From contig CAZSAD010000014.1 in NCBI GenBank assembly GCA_964604995.1, positions 1 to 39,242 of the forward strand: DNA of 39,242 nucleotides. Direction: 5' to 3'. The notes beneath the pieces were generated by a model. That model was given only the letters and a program-made list of their open reading frames with translations, did no database searches and was not told the origin of the DNA. Source of the stretch: an uncultured Methanosarcinales archaeon. Its GTDB lineage: Archaea > Nanobdellota > Nanobdellia > Woesearchaeales > JABMPP01. Below, one piece after another: positions 38,269-39,242 of this stretch. Positions within the stretch are counted from its first letter, which is position 1. The number at the start of each line of letters is the position of its first letter. The position numbers and the translations under genes are program-made.

Positions 38269-38769
38269 ATGGTAGGTTTTGATGGTATTTCAATAAAAAA
38301 AGTTATGCTTTATGTGTTTTTAGCACTCTTGATTGGTTTTGTTTCTGGTTTTTTAATGGGTTATTTTCAAAAAGAGCAATGTCCGTCTGTTGTAACAACA
38401 GTTGAAACAGCCCCTATATGCCCACGATATGAATGTTTACAAATCACAAGAGATGCAACTTTTGAGGTTTTGAGTCAAGATAAAGAGGTTAGCGGTACAG
38501 GTAATTTATTTGGGGGTAATGCTAAAGTTAGTATCCCTATAAAAAATACAGACGCAGAAGGTGCTTCATTTATTGTTGGAATGATATGTGAAACTCTTCA
38601 AAGAATACCTACCAATATAACTTCACAAAAACAATACATTGGTCCAAATCAAACAGCAACATTTGATTTGGAATATGAAATTTCAGCAAGAGAAAATTGG
38701 AAATGCATGAATTTTACTGTAAATGCACAGGCAGTTAAAGCATGTGATTTGAAAGAAGTAACTAAATAA
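38269..38769 (+). CDS. Membrane-anchored extracellular hypothetical protein
   Basis: N-terminal TM helix, six Cys, beta-rich Ig/CARDB-like segment (IKNTDAEGASF...IGPNQTATF). Confidence 0.7.
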   Translation: MVGFDGISIKKVMLYVFLALLIGFVSGFLMGYFQKEQCPSVVTTVETAPICPRYECLQITRDATFEVLSQDKEVSGTGNLFGGNAKVSIPIKNTDAEGASFIVGMICETLQRIPTNITSQKQYIGPNQTATFDLEYEISARENWKCMNFTVNAQAVKACDLKEVTK

Positions 38770-38834
38770 ATAATCATTTTAGAAGATAATCCTAATCTAA
38801 TCCTACATAATCACACAATATAATTTATAATAAG

Positions 38835-39206
38835 ATGATAAAACAAAAAATTATTGTTAACAAAGGTAAATATGTTATTTGTGTTCTATCAAAAAAACCA
38901 AAATCTGCTTTTGCAATTATTGAAGACGGGTTAGAGATAACTGCAATTGTAAATCAAACTGGTTTTGATATTAAAAAAGCAGTCAAGTTCGATAAAAATT
39001 GGAAAATATTAACATTTGATTTTGTAATGCCTCTATCTTTGGTTGGCTTTTCTGCTAAAATCTCTTCGGAAATGGCAAAACATAAAATCAATATTTTGTG
39101 GATTGGGGCATTTTCAACTGATCATTTACTTATAAAAATTGAAAATTTAACAAAAGCTAAAAAAGTATTAAGGCAGCTTGGATATGTAATTAATGAAATT
39201 AAGTGA
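38835..39206 (+). CDS. ACT-domain protein (ACT_7/CASTOR-like)
   Basis: EITAIV...WKILTF...LSLVGFSAKISSEMAKHKINILWIGAFSTDHLLIK. Confidence 0.85.
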   Translation: MIKQKIIVNKGKYVICVLSKKPKSAFAIIEDGLEITAIVNQTGFDIKKAVKFDKNWKILTFDFVMPLSLVGFSAKISSEMAKHKINILWIGAFSTDHLLIKIENLTKAKKVLRQLGYVINEIK

Positions 39207-39242
39207 ATAATTTTATAAAGTCGCTTTTTTTCTTCTCGCTAG

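Overview
Very AT-rich archaeal chromosomal segment, most consistent with a DPANN archaeon of the Woesearchaeota/Nanobdellota type (inference from archaeal ribosomal and translation genes, BRE-TATA promoters, S-layer type and tandem-Lrp regulators). It contains: (i) informational genes (GINS15, rpl44e, rps27e, aIF2-alpha, nop10, PAC2; Lsm-rpl37e; rps8e; an MtaB-type methylthiotransferase; an AsnB-Dph6 fusion; tRNA-Leu(TAG)); (ii) sugar metabolism (enolase, dPGM-like mutase, GlpX, class I aldolase, two phosphohexomutases, and an NDP-sugar nucleotidyltransferase fused to a ribbon-helix-helix domain); (iii) an S-layer gene beside two glycosyltransferases; (iv) accessory regulators and hypothetical genes. 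No integrase, transposase, CRISPR array or rRNA was seen. The strongest unexplained signals are: the RHH-nucleotidyltransferase with candidate operator repeats between divergent promoters; degenerate tRNA-Leu 3'-half copies, two carrying hairpin inserts, flanking an orphan gene; a structured palindrome cluster between the radical SAM and S-layer genes; and a long structured S-layer 5' leader. All calls come from reading motifs by eye, without database searches.
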